Shown here: in pieces, positions 37,386 through 49,446 of the stretch
Numbering within the stretch: the first letter of the stretch is position 1
Layout: the number at the start of each line of letters is the position of its first letter
Origin: Chiloscyllium plagiosum
Lineage: Eukaryota
Direction of reading: 5' to 3'
Assembly: GCF_004010195.1 (NCBI RefSeq)
Contig: NC_057754.1
Location: 55,771 to 119,770 of the forward strand
DNA: 64,000 nucleotides
The notes under the pieces: model-generated
What the model saw: only the letters and a program-made list of their open reading frames with translations
What the model was told of the DNA's origin: nothing
The model's database searches: none
Program-made: the position numbers and the translations under genes

Positions 37386-39249
37386 GCAGCACAGTGGTAA
37401 TGTCCCTATCTCTGGACCAAGAAGTCTAGGTTCGGCAACATGACAGAGGTGTGTCATAATGTCTCTCAACAGGTTGATTAGAAAATCAAGAGTTAGGTTC
37501 TAATTGGTTCATTTGGTGGTGGTGTTTTATTCAAGAATTTAGTTCTTCATGCAGCGTCCACTAATACCTTCAATATCTTTGCACACGTTTGGGGGCCGGG
37601 GTGCATTATCTCGCTCTCAAAAACCAGTTTAATTTAGTGGCCCCAAACCAACATTTTCTCCTCAGTGGTATTTTAGTTTTTGATTTTTTTTTTGGTTCTT
37701 GTCATGTTGCCCTGATTTGCTGATCTTTTAATTGAGTTTTTGGGTTTATTTAAAACAGAGGAGCTGGTTCTTCCCCAGTAAGGGGAATGGTTTCTGAATA
37801 GGGTACAGTTCAGAAGAGAATTGTGAAACCAGTGTTTATGCTAAACTATTAATTTTCAATAAAACCCTTGTAAATCTCAGAATCTTTTGCAGCCTCATTC
37901 CAAATATGCATACTGGTGTGTAGAACATAATTCAACTCTGTCTTCACATTCTTTCAGTTGCCTTTATTTGAGCTTAACACTTAATTTCCTTGCCCACTTC
38001 CTCTTCTGCTCCTGCTTTTCAAACCCTGGCTCTAGAGATGAGCAGCAAGAGGTAAGTCTCAAGCTGAGAGTTGGCACTGACAGGATAGGTCAACAAACAT
38101 CAGAAGCTACTCACATTTTCAGTTATTGGACCCTCCTGGTGCCTTAAATGCATGTAAATATAGTCTTATTCAGGTAAAAGATGCCTTTAGTTTGTTTAGA
38201 TACAGTCAAACTCCAATGTTGGTTTGTTTCCTTGATATATTACTTTACAGACCGAACTGCATTTGTGACTGTGTGTGTATAGGTGTATATATAAGTAAAC
38301 CTTTTTTTAAATGAATAAAGTATATTTTGACATTTAAAAATGTTGCCAATGGGAGTCACATGTCAAGTGTCAGGCCTAATGTAAAACTCCCTATGCTTGA
38401 ACAATGTTAAACCAGAACAACTTTAAATGGGGACTAACTGTATACTACCTGCCCCAGGTTCCCAGTTTACATCTTTTGAAAATTTTTTATATTTGTTATA
38501 TCTTTTTATGCTAGTTGACAGATGCCAGACAGTTTCTGTTCACTTGGCTCCTTAACTAGCTTGCAACTGTAAAGTTCTAAGTCAGAGTCTGACAGCTAAC
38601 CTAAGTTATAGCGAGACGAAGTACCCAAGAGATTCCCACCTGCAACAAATTGTCAAGTTAACAGCAAGACCTCGTTGTGTCCAACTTCCATCACAGTCTG
38701 TCAGCTCCCCTTCTGAATGCTGCAATGAAGGACCACAGTGCAAAGTGTGATAAACAGGTGCCACTTAGCTGCTGTGGGCAACAGACATCTCACTGCTAAA
38801 TCCTTTTGCACTCATTTCTTTCCCCATATGTCAATCTGTCAATGGGAACCCAGGGAAACATTCTGAACTACCCTCAGATTAATCATTCTTATTGACTATA
38901 CATTGTCAATATAGGCTGAGTGCTGGCCTTGTTTTTCTCACTGGCAAACAACAACAGTGGATTGAATGTGATTTGAGACGAGCTCAGAGCTCCAGCACTC
39001 CATGATGATTCAAATAGTAATTGGCTACTCAGCATGATCCATAGCCAAAGAGAAGCCCGATCTCACTGACCTGCCCTGACTCAGCAGACCTGACTGCTGA
39101 GCTCCAACTCATCAACATTCACTCATATCTCATTGACTCTCACAAGGTCAAATGTGAATAGCAATGAGGTACACCCGAGGGTCACACCACTAGATATGGG
39201 GAAATGTTAAAACAGAATAGTCATGGTAACCTCAGTTAGTACAAGAATT

Positions 39250-39800
39250 AGAATACTGTGTCCAATTTTGGGCCCCACACTTCAGGAAGGACATACTGGC
39301 ACTGGAGCGTGTCCGGGGGAGATTCACACGGATGATCTCTGAATGGTGGGCCTAACATATGATGGACGGCTGAGAATCCTGGGATTGTATTCATTCGAGT
39401 TTAGAAGGTTGAGGGGAGATCTAATAGAAACTTACAAGATAATGTATGGCTTAGAAAGGGTGGACACTGGGAATTTGTTTCCATTAATTGGGGAGACTAG
39501 GACCCATGGGCATAGCCTTAGAATTAGAGGGAGTCAATTTAGAATGGAAACGAGGAGACATGTCTTCAGCCAGACAGTGGTGGGTCTGTGGGATTCATTG
39601 CCACGGAGCGCAGTGGGGGCTGGGATGTTAAATGTCTTCAAGGCAGAGATTGATAAATTCTTGATCTCACAAGGAATTAAGGGGTACGGGGAGAGTGCAG
39701 GTAAGTGGAGTTGAAATGCCCATCAGCCATGTGTGAATGGTGGAGTGGACTCGATGGGCCGATTGGCCTTACTTCCTCTCCTATGTCTTATGGTCTTAAG
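39250..39800 (+). mobile_element. CR1 LINE 3' fragment
   Basis: RRLRGDLIETYKIM...LWDSLPRSAV peptide. Confidence 0.9.
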
Positions 39801-40304
39801 AATTGAACCCACACTATTGGCATCACTCCGCGTGGCAAACCAGCCATCCATTCAACTGAACTAATTGACCAGGAAATGACTTAAAAATTGCAGCAAAAGA
39901 TATCTTACTCTAATAGGTAGCATCAATAATCCCAAAGAAAGTACCTTTTCCCTCAGTGATATGTTTTGGAGAAGGTTCCTCAGACAGAACCTTCCAAACT
40001 CACAAACACTTCCATCTAGAAGGACAAGGGCAGCAGACTCATGGGAACACCACCCCCTGCAAGTTTCCAGCCAAGCCACTCACCATCCTGACTTGGAAAT
40101 ATATCATTGTTCCTTCGCTGTCATTGGGTCAAAATCTTGGAGTTTTATCTAACGATAGTAGGAGCACCTTCACCACGTGTTTGAGGTGGTGTGTCACCAT
40201 CACCTTCCCAGCAATTAACAACTGGCAACAAATTCAAAATGTGCCAGCAGCACCTATTCAAGGAATACCAACTAAAATAAAAAATGAAGGATGTGGTATA
40301 TATC

Positions 40305-40520
40305 AAAGACAAAGTGAAGGAGTGGTGGGGTATATCAGAATGACACAGTAAAGGATGTGAGTAAACAACAAGGTGACAGTAAAGGGTGTGGGGTATATCG
40401 GAATGATACAGTAACGGAAGTGGGGTATATTGAAATGTTAAGAGTAAAAGGTGCGGCGTATATCAGAATGATACAGTAAAGGGTGTGGGGTATATCTGAA
40501 GGACACAGAAAGGGTGTGTA
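40305..40520. repeat. Degenerate ~32-bp tandem repeat (gatacagtaaagggtgtggggtatatcggaat)
   Basis: About 6 visible units. Confidence 0.7.
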
Positions 40521-40999
40521 TGAGTGATTTATGTAATGGAACTGATGCTGTATTAAGCCTTGTGTCACTGTAGGATCCTGTCAGAGAGCACATTCTAAAG
40601 AAAGATTGACAGATCCCAGGCCTGGTTATCACAGTGTTAAAACTGAGCATAGATCTGTATAGCTCTTGTTTATCCAAATGTGCAGCCAACTGATTTGAAC
40701 AAACTGAACGAAACAATAAGATCTAAATATAGTTAAAACGTCAGCCAAGTTATCTTCTAATGGATTTATTTTAAACAGTGACCCCCCACCCCCATCACCC
40801 TCCTTGAATATGCTGACTCACAGTGGATAATGGTTTCTGAGGCCTGGGATCATCTCTGCTAACATGTCCAAGTGAGTGACCTTTTTCCTTTGTTATCACA
40901 CACAGAAGGCTGGGAGAAGTGGCTGACTCTGCTCTCTCAACTGAGGTAGGAGGTGAGCGTGTTTGGGGTCCGCACAACAATTTTCCCTCGGAACAACAA

Positions 41000-41340
41000 C
41001 ATTGCGGTTCTGAATCCATTCCAGCAACTTGAGATGCTTAAAGTCAGCCATCGCATCCAGTGCCATAGAGAGGATGTGTCAGACTGTTAAAGGGTCAGTG
41101 CTGAAGGTGTGCTACACTGTCAGAAGGTCAGCGCTGAGGGAGCACTGCACTGTCGGAGGGTCAGCACTGAGGGAGTGCCACATTCTTGGAGGGTCAGTGC
41201 TGAGGAAGTACTGCACCATAGGAGGGTCAGTGCTGAGGGAGTGCTGCACTGTCAGAGGGTCAGTGCTGAGAGCAGTGCACTCTTGGGAGGGTCGGTGCTG
41301 AGGGTGCATTGCACTGTTGGAGGGTCAGCACTGAGAAAGT
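41000..41340 (+). repeat. SINE head followed by a 33-bp array
   Basis: ggttctgaatccattccagcaacttgag...catccagtgc leads directly into the array units. Confidence 0.8.
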
Positions 41341-42599
41341 GAAGGCTCTCCACTGACAAACATCCCAGACTTTATTGCTGCTTTATAATAATAATAGCGC
41401 AATTTTCAGCTTAAATAAAATTGATGCAAGCAAAATCAGGTGAATGCTACACACAGGAATTTGTATTTATGTAGCACCTTTAACTTAATATAACATCTAT
41501 TACCCACTTTTCAGGAGCATTATCAGACAAGTCAGCCACATAGGGAGATATTAAGTTAGGAACAGAAAACCCAGCCAATGGGAGGAAGCTAGAGAGTTTA
41601 TGGACCAGGAAACTGAAGGCTGATGGTCAAAGGGGTTTAGGACGTGTGAAAGATCAGTATTGGAGGAGCACAGAGATTTTGGTAGCTTGGAAAGATGAGG
41701 AGTTTACAGAAATGAGGAGTTGGGAGTGAGGGAGTGTGGGAGAACTGTTTTGTAGGAAATGTCCAGGCGGTTGAGCTGTTGTGTACTGCATTGGTCATAA
41801 CTCATGAGTCAATAATTAAGAACAGTCTGATGGGGTTTCTCACTGCCCTTATCACCAAGATGTTTGTAGGTCTACCTGCACCAAATGGTCCAAGAAGAAA
41901 ACTCACCTCCACCTCGTCAAGGGCAAGAAGAAATGGTCAATAAATGCTGGCCAAGCCAGCAACCCCCACATCCTACATTAATGAAAAAAACACTGAACTA
42001 CAGCAGTCTCTTAATCAGGGTTCGTACAAATTCACCCAATGTTTACTTAACGTAGAATTTCCAGCTTTAGAGGACACAGTTGCAGTTCAGAAGAAAAAAA
42101 TACATTGTATCTTACGTCAAGTATAATATCCTTACCCATATAAAACAATACGTACTCTGACATTGTGCCAGGAACAATATATTACAAATTAATTTGCTAC
42201 ACTTTGCTACAATGCAGTACAAAGTCAAAGAAAAAAAATTACTTTATGTTCACGTTTCTCAACAATGAAAACAAACCTGACAAAATAAGTAAACAATTAC
42301 ACTCTGGATGACCTCAAACTCTCACACTGACAATTTCTGATGTGAAAGGCGAAAGTTAGTGAAATTTCAACACAGGGAGCGCTGGAGGAAAGGGGACTGG
42401 AGAGATTAAATTCAGTCTGTCTCTCTGAGGCCTGGGCCTCAATACAAAAGAATCACCTAAAGTGATGAATTAGTAAAGATTAGTGATCGGCAATTGTAAA
42501 TACTGGTCATTTCCAGTCACTATCTCAATAATTGCCTTGCTTTCTCTCTTTTTAAAAGCAGACTTCTGTTCTCTTATCAAATCCCTTTATGAGTTGATG

Positions 42600-42872
42600 T
42601 TCATAGAATCCCTACAGTGTGGAAACATGTCATTTGGCCCAACAAGTCCACGCTGGCCTTCTGAAGAGTATCTCACCCAGACTTATAACCTGCATTTCCC
42701 CTGATTAATGCACCTAACCTGCACATCTTTGGATTGTGGGAGGAAACTGCAGCACCCGGAGGAAACTCACGCAGACACGGGGCGAATGTGCAAACTCCGA
42801 GTCATCCGAGGCTGGAATTGAACCCTGATGCTGTGAGGCAGCAGTGCTAACCACTGAGCTACCATGCCACCT
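42600..42872 (-). mobile_element. HE1-type SINE
   Basis: Reverse complement of the head and body seen at 28529. Confidence 0.85.
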
Positions 42873-43084
42873 TTCTAAACTCTAGAGTCTGGCAATTGTG
42901 CATTCACTAGTCCTTACACTCATCTGTCACTGGCTAGGTCTTCAGTTGACTGTAACTCTAAGATCTGAAATTGTCATCCTTTTAATGTCACTGCCGTTGT
43001 TTACAACCTGACCCCACCCCTAAAACGTGCCACTTTTTGACTCCTTGGTCAACCTACTTAACATCACCAGGGTTGTAGAATCGT

Positions 43085-43992
43085 AAGGCCACAAGGTATA
43101 GGAGCAGAATTAGGTCATTCAGTCCATCGAGTCTGCTCTGCCATTCGATCATGGCTGATATGTTTCTCAACCTCTTTCTCTTGCCTTCTCCCCATAATTT
43201 TTGATCCCCTTACTAAGTAAGAACCTATCTATCTCTGTTTCAAACACACTCAATGACCTGGCCTCCACAACCTTCTGCGGCAATGAATTCCACAGGTTAA
43301 CCACCCTCTGGCTGAAGAAATTCCGCTTCATCTCAGTTCTAAAGGGTCATCCGTTCACTCGAGGAACATCTTCTCCACATCCACTCTGTCCAGGCCTCCC
43401 AGTACTGTATTCTGTAAGTTTCAATGAGATTCTAAAATCCACCAAGTACAGATCCAGAGCACTCATCTGCTCCTTATATGACAAGCCCTGCTTCTTCAGG
43501 AGCCTTCTTTAGAAACCTTCCAATGCCAGATCATCCTTCCTTAGATACAGGGTCTAAAACTGCTCACAATATTCTAAATGTGTGGTTTGACCAAAGTCTT
43601 ATACAGCCTCAGCAGTATAGAGTCATAGAGTCAAAAACTCCCTGCTCTTGTATTCTAATCCTCTTGAAAAGAATGCTAATATTACATTTGCCTTCCTAAT
43701 GAACCTCCATATTAACCTTGAGAATCCTGAATGAGGAATCGTAACTCTCTTTGTGCTTCAGATTTCAAAGCCTTTCCCCGTCTAGAAAATAGTCTACACC
43801 TCTAATCTTCTGGGCAAAGTACATAATCTCACCCTTTCCCATATTTTATTCCATCTGCCACTTCTTTGCCCATTCTCTGAGCATTTCTAAGTCTTTCTGC
43901 AGCCTCCTCAACACTCCCTGTGCATCTATCCATTTTGGTGTCATCTAAAAATTTAGCAACAATGCCCTCAGTTCCTTTGTCCAGATCGTTAT
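43085..43992 (-). mobile_element. CR1 LINE fragment
   Basis: Reverse complement has KFLDDTK-like (tgctaaatttttagatgacacc) sequence and a CR1 3'UTR. Confidence 0.8.
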
Positions 43993-43994
43993 GT

Positions 43995-44665
43995 ACTGAG
44001 TGAGCACCACATTTTCAGATGGTCAATGCTGATGGAAAACTACACTGTCAGAGGGTCAGTGCTGAAGGAGGGCCACTCTGTCGTGGGTCAGTCCTGAGGG
44101 AGTGCTGCACTGTCAGAGGGTCAGTGCTGAGGGAGCAGGCACTGTTGGAGGGTCAGTGCTGAGGGAGCGGGCACTGTCAGAAGGTCAGTGCTAAGGGAGC
44201 GGGGACTGTCAGAGGTTCAGTGCTGAGGGAGCAGGCGCTGTTGGAGGTTCAGTGCTGAGGGACCGGGCACTGTCAGAGGTTCAGTGCTGAGGGACCGGGC
44301 ACTGTCAGAGGTTCAGTGCTGAGGGACTGGACACTGTCAGAGGTTCAGTGCTGAGGGAGCAGGCGCTGATGGAGGGTCAGTGCTGAGGGTGAGGGAGCAC
44401 TGTCAGTGCTGAGGGAGCACCGCACTGTTGGAGGGTCAGTGCTGAGGGAGCGGGCACTGTCAGAGGTTCAGTGCTGAGGGACCAGGCACTGTCAGATGGT
44501 CAGTGCTGAGGGAGCAGGCACTGCCAGAGGGTCAGTGCTGAGGGACCAGGCACTGTTGGAGGGTCAGTATTGAGGGAACGTCACACTGCCAGAGCAACAG
44601 TGCTGAGGGAGCGGGCACTGTTGGAGGGTCGGTATTGAGGGAATGCCGCACTGTCGGAGGGTCAA
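43995..44665 (+). repeat. 31-33-bp minisatellite array upstream of the RTN3 promoter
   Basis: About 20 tandem units of the same family. Confidence 0.95.
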
Positions 44666-45059
44666 TCATTTCTGTAATATTCAATTTTTTGCATCTTTTG
44701 AATGTATTTGATATATGTTTTAAAAAATGGCTTGCCCCTTTGTTACAGCTCCTTCAACCACTTCAGGTTGTCTCTGCACTTTGCAGCGTTTGGCGAACTG
44801 TTGTAATTTAAGAGGGAGTAAACTCAGATCCTTACACTCTCCAGTGAACTGACGCTTCCCCCTTCCCCCACGCAATCACTAGCGTAACGAAAGTGCAATA
44901 ATATTCTCCTGAAATTCAGCATTGACTGTAAGCAGGTGACTGTCTAGTTGCACTGTGTGGGATCATTCCCCAGTGCCCACGCTACGTTGGTCCCTCACTG
45001 GCCATCTTGCTTGTGTTGTGTTGGACTGGGCTGGGCCTGTCTAACCCAGTGTCAATCAG

Positions 45060-45240
45060 TCTGTGTTTTTATGGTAGCGTCCCCGCCCTTCCTCAAAGGT
45101 CGAGATCCTCCTCCTCAAACAGAGAGAGAGAGGATTCTTTGCTCAGGGCTCCTCCCAGTGAGCAGAGGCTCTCTGCCTTGCGCGTCCAGAGTCTGGGGCA
45201 GTTTCACCAGGAGAGGAGCTGGGAACAAGGCGGTTGCAAC
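45060..45240 (+). promoter_or_regulatory. Putative RTN3 proximal promoter/5'UTR
   Basis: Sp1-type GC box and CpG-enriched unique sequence just upstream of the exon-1 ATG. Confidence 0.5.
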
Positions 45241-45325
45241 ATGGAATCTCAGAACCAGTCTTCCCTCGTTACCTCGTCTGGAGAAAGCGGGGATGCAGCG
45301 GTTTCCTCTTCGGGAGTGTCTCTGG
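45241..45325 (+). CDS. RTN3: Reticulon-3 coding exon 1 (MESQNQSSLVTSSGESGDAAVSSSGVSL)
   Basis: Good Kozak context gcaacATGG, Ser-rich N-terminus, consensus donor G|GTGAGT in phase 1 that joins in frame to the downstream exons. GC box CCCCGCCC at 45081-45088. Confidence 0.7.
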
Positions 45326-45596
45326 GTGAGTCAGGACTGCGGCGACATTCCCTCCTGAAAGCACCGCATTGCACAGCCCGATCCCAGGCAGGGCCTGGGG
45401 CCCTGAACAGCACCATCAGGGACAAGGACAGGGCAGAGGAGAGCAGGAAGGGACAGAGATGCGCAGGCACCAGAGGGGGTAATGGACTGGGATGGAGCAC
45501 TGAGTGTGGAGCCTGAAACAGCGATATGGCCTGGGAAGAGGAATTCAAGATGGGTTCAGGCTCCACGCCCGTTTGTGTGCGGCTGAAGCGTTGGCC

Positions 45597-46199
45597 ATGG
45601 AGAAACCATGGAAGTGTGGCGACTGTGGGAAAGGCTTCCATTTTCCGTCTGCCCTGGAGACTCATCGGCGCAGTCACACCGAGGAGAGGCCGTTCCCCTG
45701 CACCGACTGCAGGAAGGCCTTCAGACATTCCTGCCACCTGCTGACCCACCAGCGGGTCCACACGGGGGAGAGGCCCTTCAGCTGCACTGTGTGCGGGAAG
45801 GCCTTCAGCAAATCCTCCAGCTTGCTGACCCACCAGCGGGTCCACATGGGTGAGAGGGCATTCCCCTGCCCTGAATGCGGGAAGGTCTTTACCAGGCCTC
45901 TGCCCTGCTGAGGCACCGGCGGGTCCACAAGGGGGAGAAGCCCTACAGCTGCACTGTGTACGGGAAGCCCTTCAGCTTGCCCCAACTTGCTGGCCCACCA
46001 GCGGGTCCACACGGGGGAGAGGCCATTTCCTTGCCCTGAGTGTGGGAAGGCCTTTACCCAGGCCTCCAACCTGCTGAGGCACCGATGGGTCTACAGATGG
46101 GAGCGGCCCTTCAGCTGCCCTGAATGCGGGAAGGCCTTCACCCGCTCCTCCTACCTGCGGAGCCACCAGCAAGTTCACGTACCATCGCAGGGCGATTGA
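45597..46199 (+). pseudogene. C2H2 (Kruppel-type) zinc-finger gene, about 7 fingers, frameshifted
   Basis: MEKPWKCGDCGKGF...HTGERPF linkers. -1 frameshift near 45893 gives TGA at 45909-45911; a second shift near 45983 restores the frame. Cys to Tyr in finger 5, His to Tyr in finger 6. Confidence 0.85.
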
Positions 46200-48085
46200 A
46201 GGAATGACGGCCAAATGCCATTATCGACTGGACTATCAAACCATTTCTGGGGATTCCTGGGTTTGAATCCCGCCGTGGCAGCTAGTGGAATTGGAATATG
46301 GTCAGAAATCTGGAGTGAAACCATTGTCAGTGGGGTTGGGGTGGAAGAAATCCCCATCTGATTCACTCAGCTCCTTTTTAGGAAGGAAACTGTTGTTGTG
46401 GGAGAGGATTCACTCAGACATCCCAGCTGTCTCCTTTACCTAGTCTGGCCGACAGCAGTGTAGTTGACTCTACACTGCCCATCCAACTTCCTTGGATACA
46501 GGATACAGGTTGAAGTCCACAATCACTGTCCCCCCAACTCCTATCAATAATGACGTTTCCCCCCATGAGTTGGCGTTCTGTAACTCTCCTTTGCTCCGTT
46601 GTCGCTGACATTGGGGTGGCAGAGTATTCAAGGCGAGGTCTGCATTGTTGCCCCTGACACACTCCATCTCCTGCCACTCCTCTTTCAATAAATGAAGTGC
46701 CAGTGTTATCCGTGTTGATACACTCTGGACTGGACAGCCCCATCCCCAAAAAAGAGCATATCATATAGGTTGAAATTTCTGAAAAGTACTGAGGATGGGG
46801 CTTTGGTGGAGGTGTTAGTATTCAGATAATGCACCATTGGTCATTAGAATCTCTATCTACCTTGGTGGCTGGTTGTAGCATTTTCCACTGCATTATCTTG
46901 AAGAACTGCTGCGTTCTCCCTTGTGTCATGGCCACCCTCTCAAAAGAGGAGGTCTGGTAATTATCGTGTAGCTGTTTGTGGGAGCTTACTGCATGCAAAT
47001 AGACAGCATTTCCTATAGTACACTTCAAACCTATTTGAGTGAGGTAGTCTTTGGCTGTGAAATGTTTTGGATCACTGAGGTTGTGAAAGATGGTGTAAAT
47101 ATTTTCTGCAGGATAATCCCAGAGAAAAAAATGTCACTGGGGGTCAAAGTCTTGGCACTCCCTTTCTCACAACACTGGGGGCTACCTGTACCAAATGGAC
47201 TACAGCAGTTCACTCCCACTTTAGCGATGGGCAATAAATGCCCAGCCCAGCCAGACACGCCCACATCCCAGGACAAAAAAAAATCTTAAGTTTAAGATGT
47301 GAGTGACATGGGACGATGATTGAAAGGTACAATGGGCAGAGTTAAGGCCAAGACATTGAATATGTTCTGGGAGGGGTTAGGTTTTGTTCTTAGAGAAAAA
47401 GGGATTAAAGGGAATGGGAACACAGCAGGAACAGAGTTCAATGATCAGATTTATTTGGTGAAGCAGGCTCAAGGTCTACTCCTAATTTCTGTTTCTGTCC
47501 TCTTTCTGAGGAGGAGTGGGTGTGAAGGAGGCTTTGCCCTCCTTGGAAGACCCCTGCACTGTTCTCTTTTGCAATCCTGCTTCCTTTCTTCCTGACCAGA
47601 CATGCTGTTGAGGAGACAGTAGGTCCAAATAGGTTAGGACTGAGTGGGCTTTCTCATGCATCTTGTGCTCATACTGTCTTGCGAGCTTGCTTGATCTCTT
47701 GCATCAGCCGGTCAGGATATGAAAGAAGCAGCCAGGGGAACTATGTCACTGATAACAACTCGGGTTGCAACATCCAATGACCAGACACGGGACTACATAT
47801 TCACTTTGTTTGTGGTTTATTTTTTACCTCACTGACAGTGTGATTGTGACACTCAGCTGCTCGTGAACCGTTATACAGCTAACAGCTTTTGACACCCTGA
47901 TATTTACTTTCTGCCTTTTCCATCTTTTGGAATTGATGGACCTCAATCCCCAACCTGAGCTGCTAGTTTGATGGGGCACAGTGGTTTTCCTAAGTGTTTG
48001 TGGAATCTCACTCATAAGAAATGCATTGCACTATTACAATACAAACTAATTCACTGTAGTATTGTGATTCGTTGCAATATTTGAG

Positions 48086-49025
48086 AGTCATAGAGATGTA
48101 CAGCAGGGAAACAGACCCTTCAGTACAACTTGTCCATGCTGACCAGGTATCCTAAATTAATCTAGTCCCATTTGCCAGCATTTGGCCCATATCCCTCTAA
48201 GCGCTCCCTATTCATTCCCATCCAGATGCCTTTTAAATGTTGTAATTGTACCAGCCTCCACCACTTCCTCTGGCAGCTCAATCCATATATGTATTACCCT
48301 CTGCGTGAAAAAGCTGCCCTTCGGGTCCCCTTTTTTACATCTTTCCCCCCCTCATCTTAAACCAATGCCCTCTAATTTTAGACTCCCCTACCCTGGGGAA
48401 AAGATCTTGGCTATTCACCCTATCCATACCCCTCATGATGACTTTTTAAAAAAAAAACACAAAATTGACATCCCTGCCCTGGCCTCTCTTGGTCCCATCT
48501 GACATGTTCATTTGACACTTTCTCCTCAGTGGTCCTAAATGTGTTCAGGATGAGATGCTGCCCTCTGCTAAACTCTTCTTTGCTGGACTTGAGCTCCAGG
48601 CCACAAGACCATTTGGCCCATCGAGTCTGCTTCTCCATTTAATCATAGTTGATATGTTTCTCAACCCATTTGTCTTCCATCTCCCCATAACTTTTGATCC
48701 ACTTACTAAACAAGAACCTTTATATCTCAGTCTTACATGCATGCAATTACTTGGTCTCTACAGGCCTCTGTGTCAATTAGTTCCACCACCCTCTGTCTGA
48801 AGAAATTCCTCCTCATCTCAGTTCAAAAAGGTAATTCCTGACACTTTGCCCTCAGATCTTAGTCTCTCCAACTAGTGAAAGCAAGTTCTCTACATCCATG
48901 CTATCCAGATCTCTGCTTTCAGTAGGTTTCAGTGACATTCCATCTCATCTTTCTAAACTCTATCGAGTATAGACCCAGAGTCCTCCACTACTTCTCCTAT
49001 GACAAGCTCTTGATCCCTGAGATCA
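48086..49025 (-). mobile_element. Two CR1 3' fragments (48086-48445, 48600-49025)
   Basis: Reverse complements of CR1 3' ends. Confidence 0.8.
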
Positions 49026-49121
49026 CTGTGTCTAGGGGGTGGATTTGGGGGGGCAGGAGGTCATTTTTCAGCTGCAAAATGAAAGCATTACCTGTGATGC
49101 CTCCTGGAATCGAATTGCCAG

Positions 49122-49446
49122 GATGGCACAGTGGCTCAGTGGTTAGTACTGCTGTTTCTGAGTACCAGGGACCCAAGGTCAATCCCAGTCTTGGGTGACT
49201 GTCTGTGTGGAGTTTGCACATTCTCCCCATGTCTGTCTGGGTTTCCTCCCGCAGTCCAAAGATGTGCAGGTTAGATGGATCGTCCATCCTAAATTTCCCT
49301 TGGTGTCCAGGGATGTGTAGGTTAGACAGATTAGCCAAGGGAGTCGCAAGGATAGGATGAGGGGTACGTCTAAGTAGGATGCTCTTAGGAGTGTTGGTGT
49401 GGATTTGTTGGGCCAAATGGCCTGTTTCTGCACTTTAGGGATTCTG
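49122..49446 (+). mobile_element. HE1-type SINE, near full length
   Basis: ggatggcacagtggctcagtggttag head through gggattct tail. Confidence 0.88.

Noticed and set aside
37958..38057. Consensus donor AG|GTAAGT with an upstream acceptor
   Set aside because: Isolated, with no recognisable coding content; such sites occur by chance.
8165..44665. 33-bp partly palindromic repeat arrays resembling CRISPR
   Set aside because: Units are directly tandem with no unique spacers, there are no cas genes, and the context is vertebrate.
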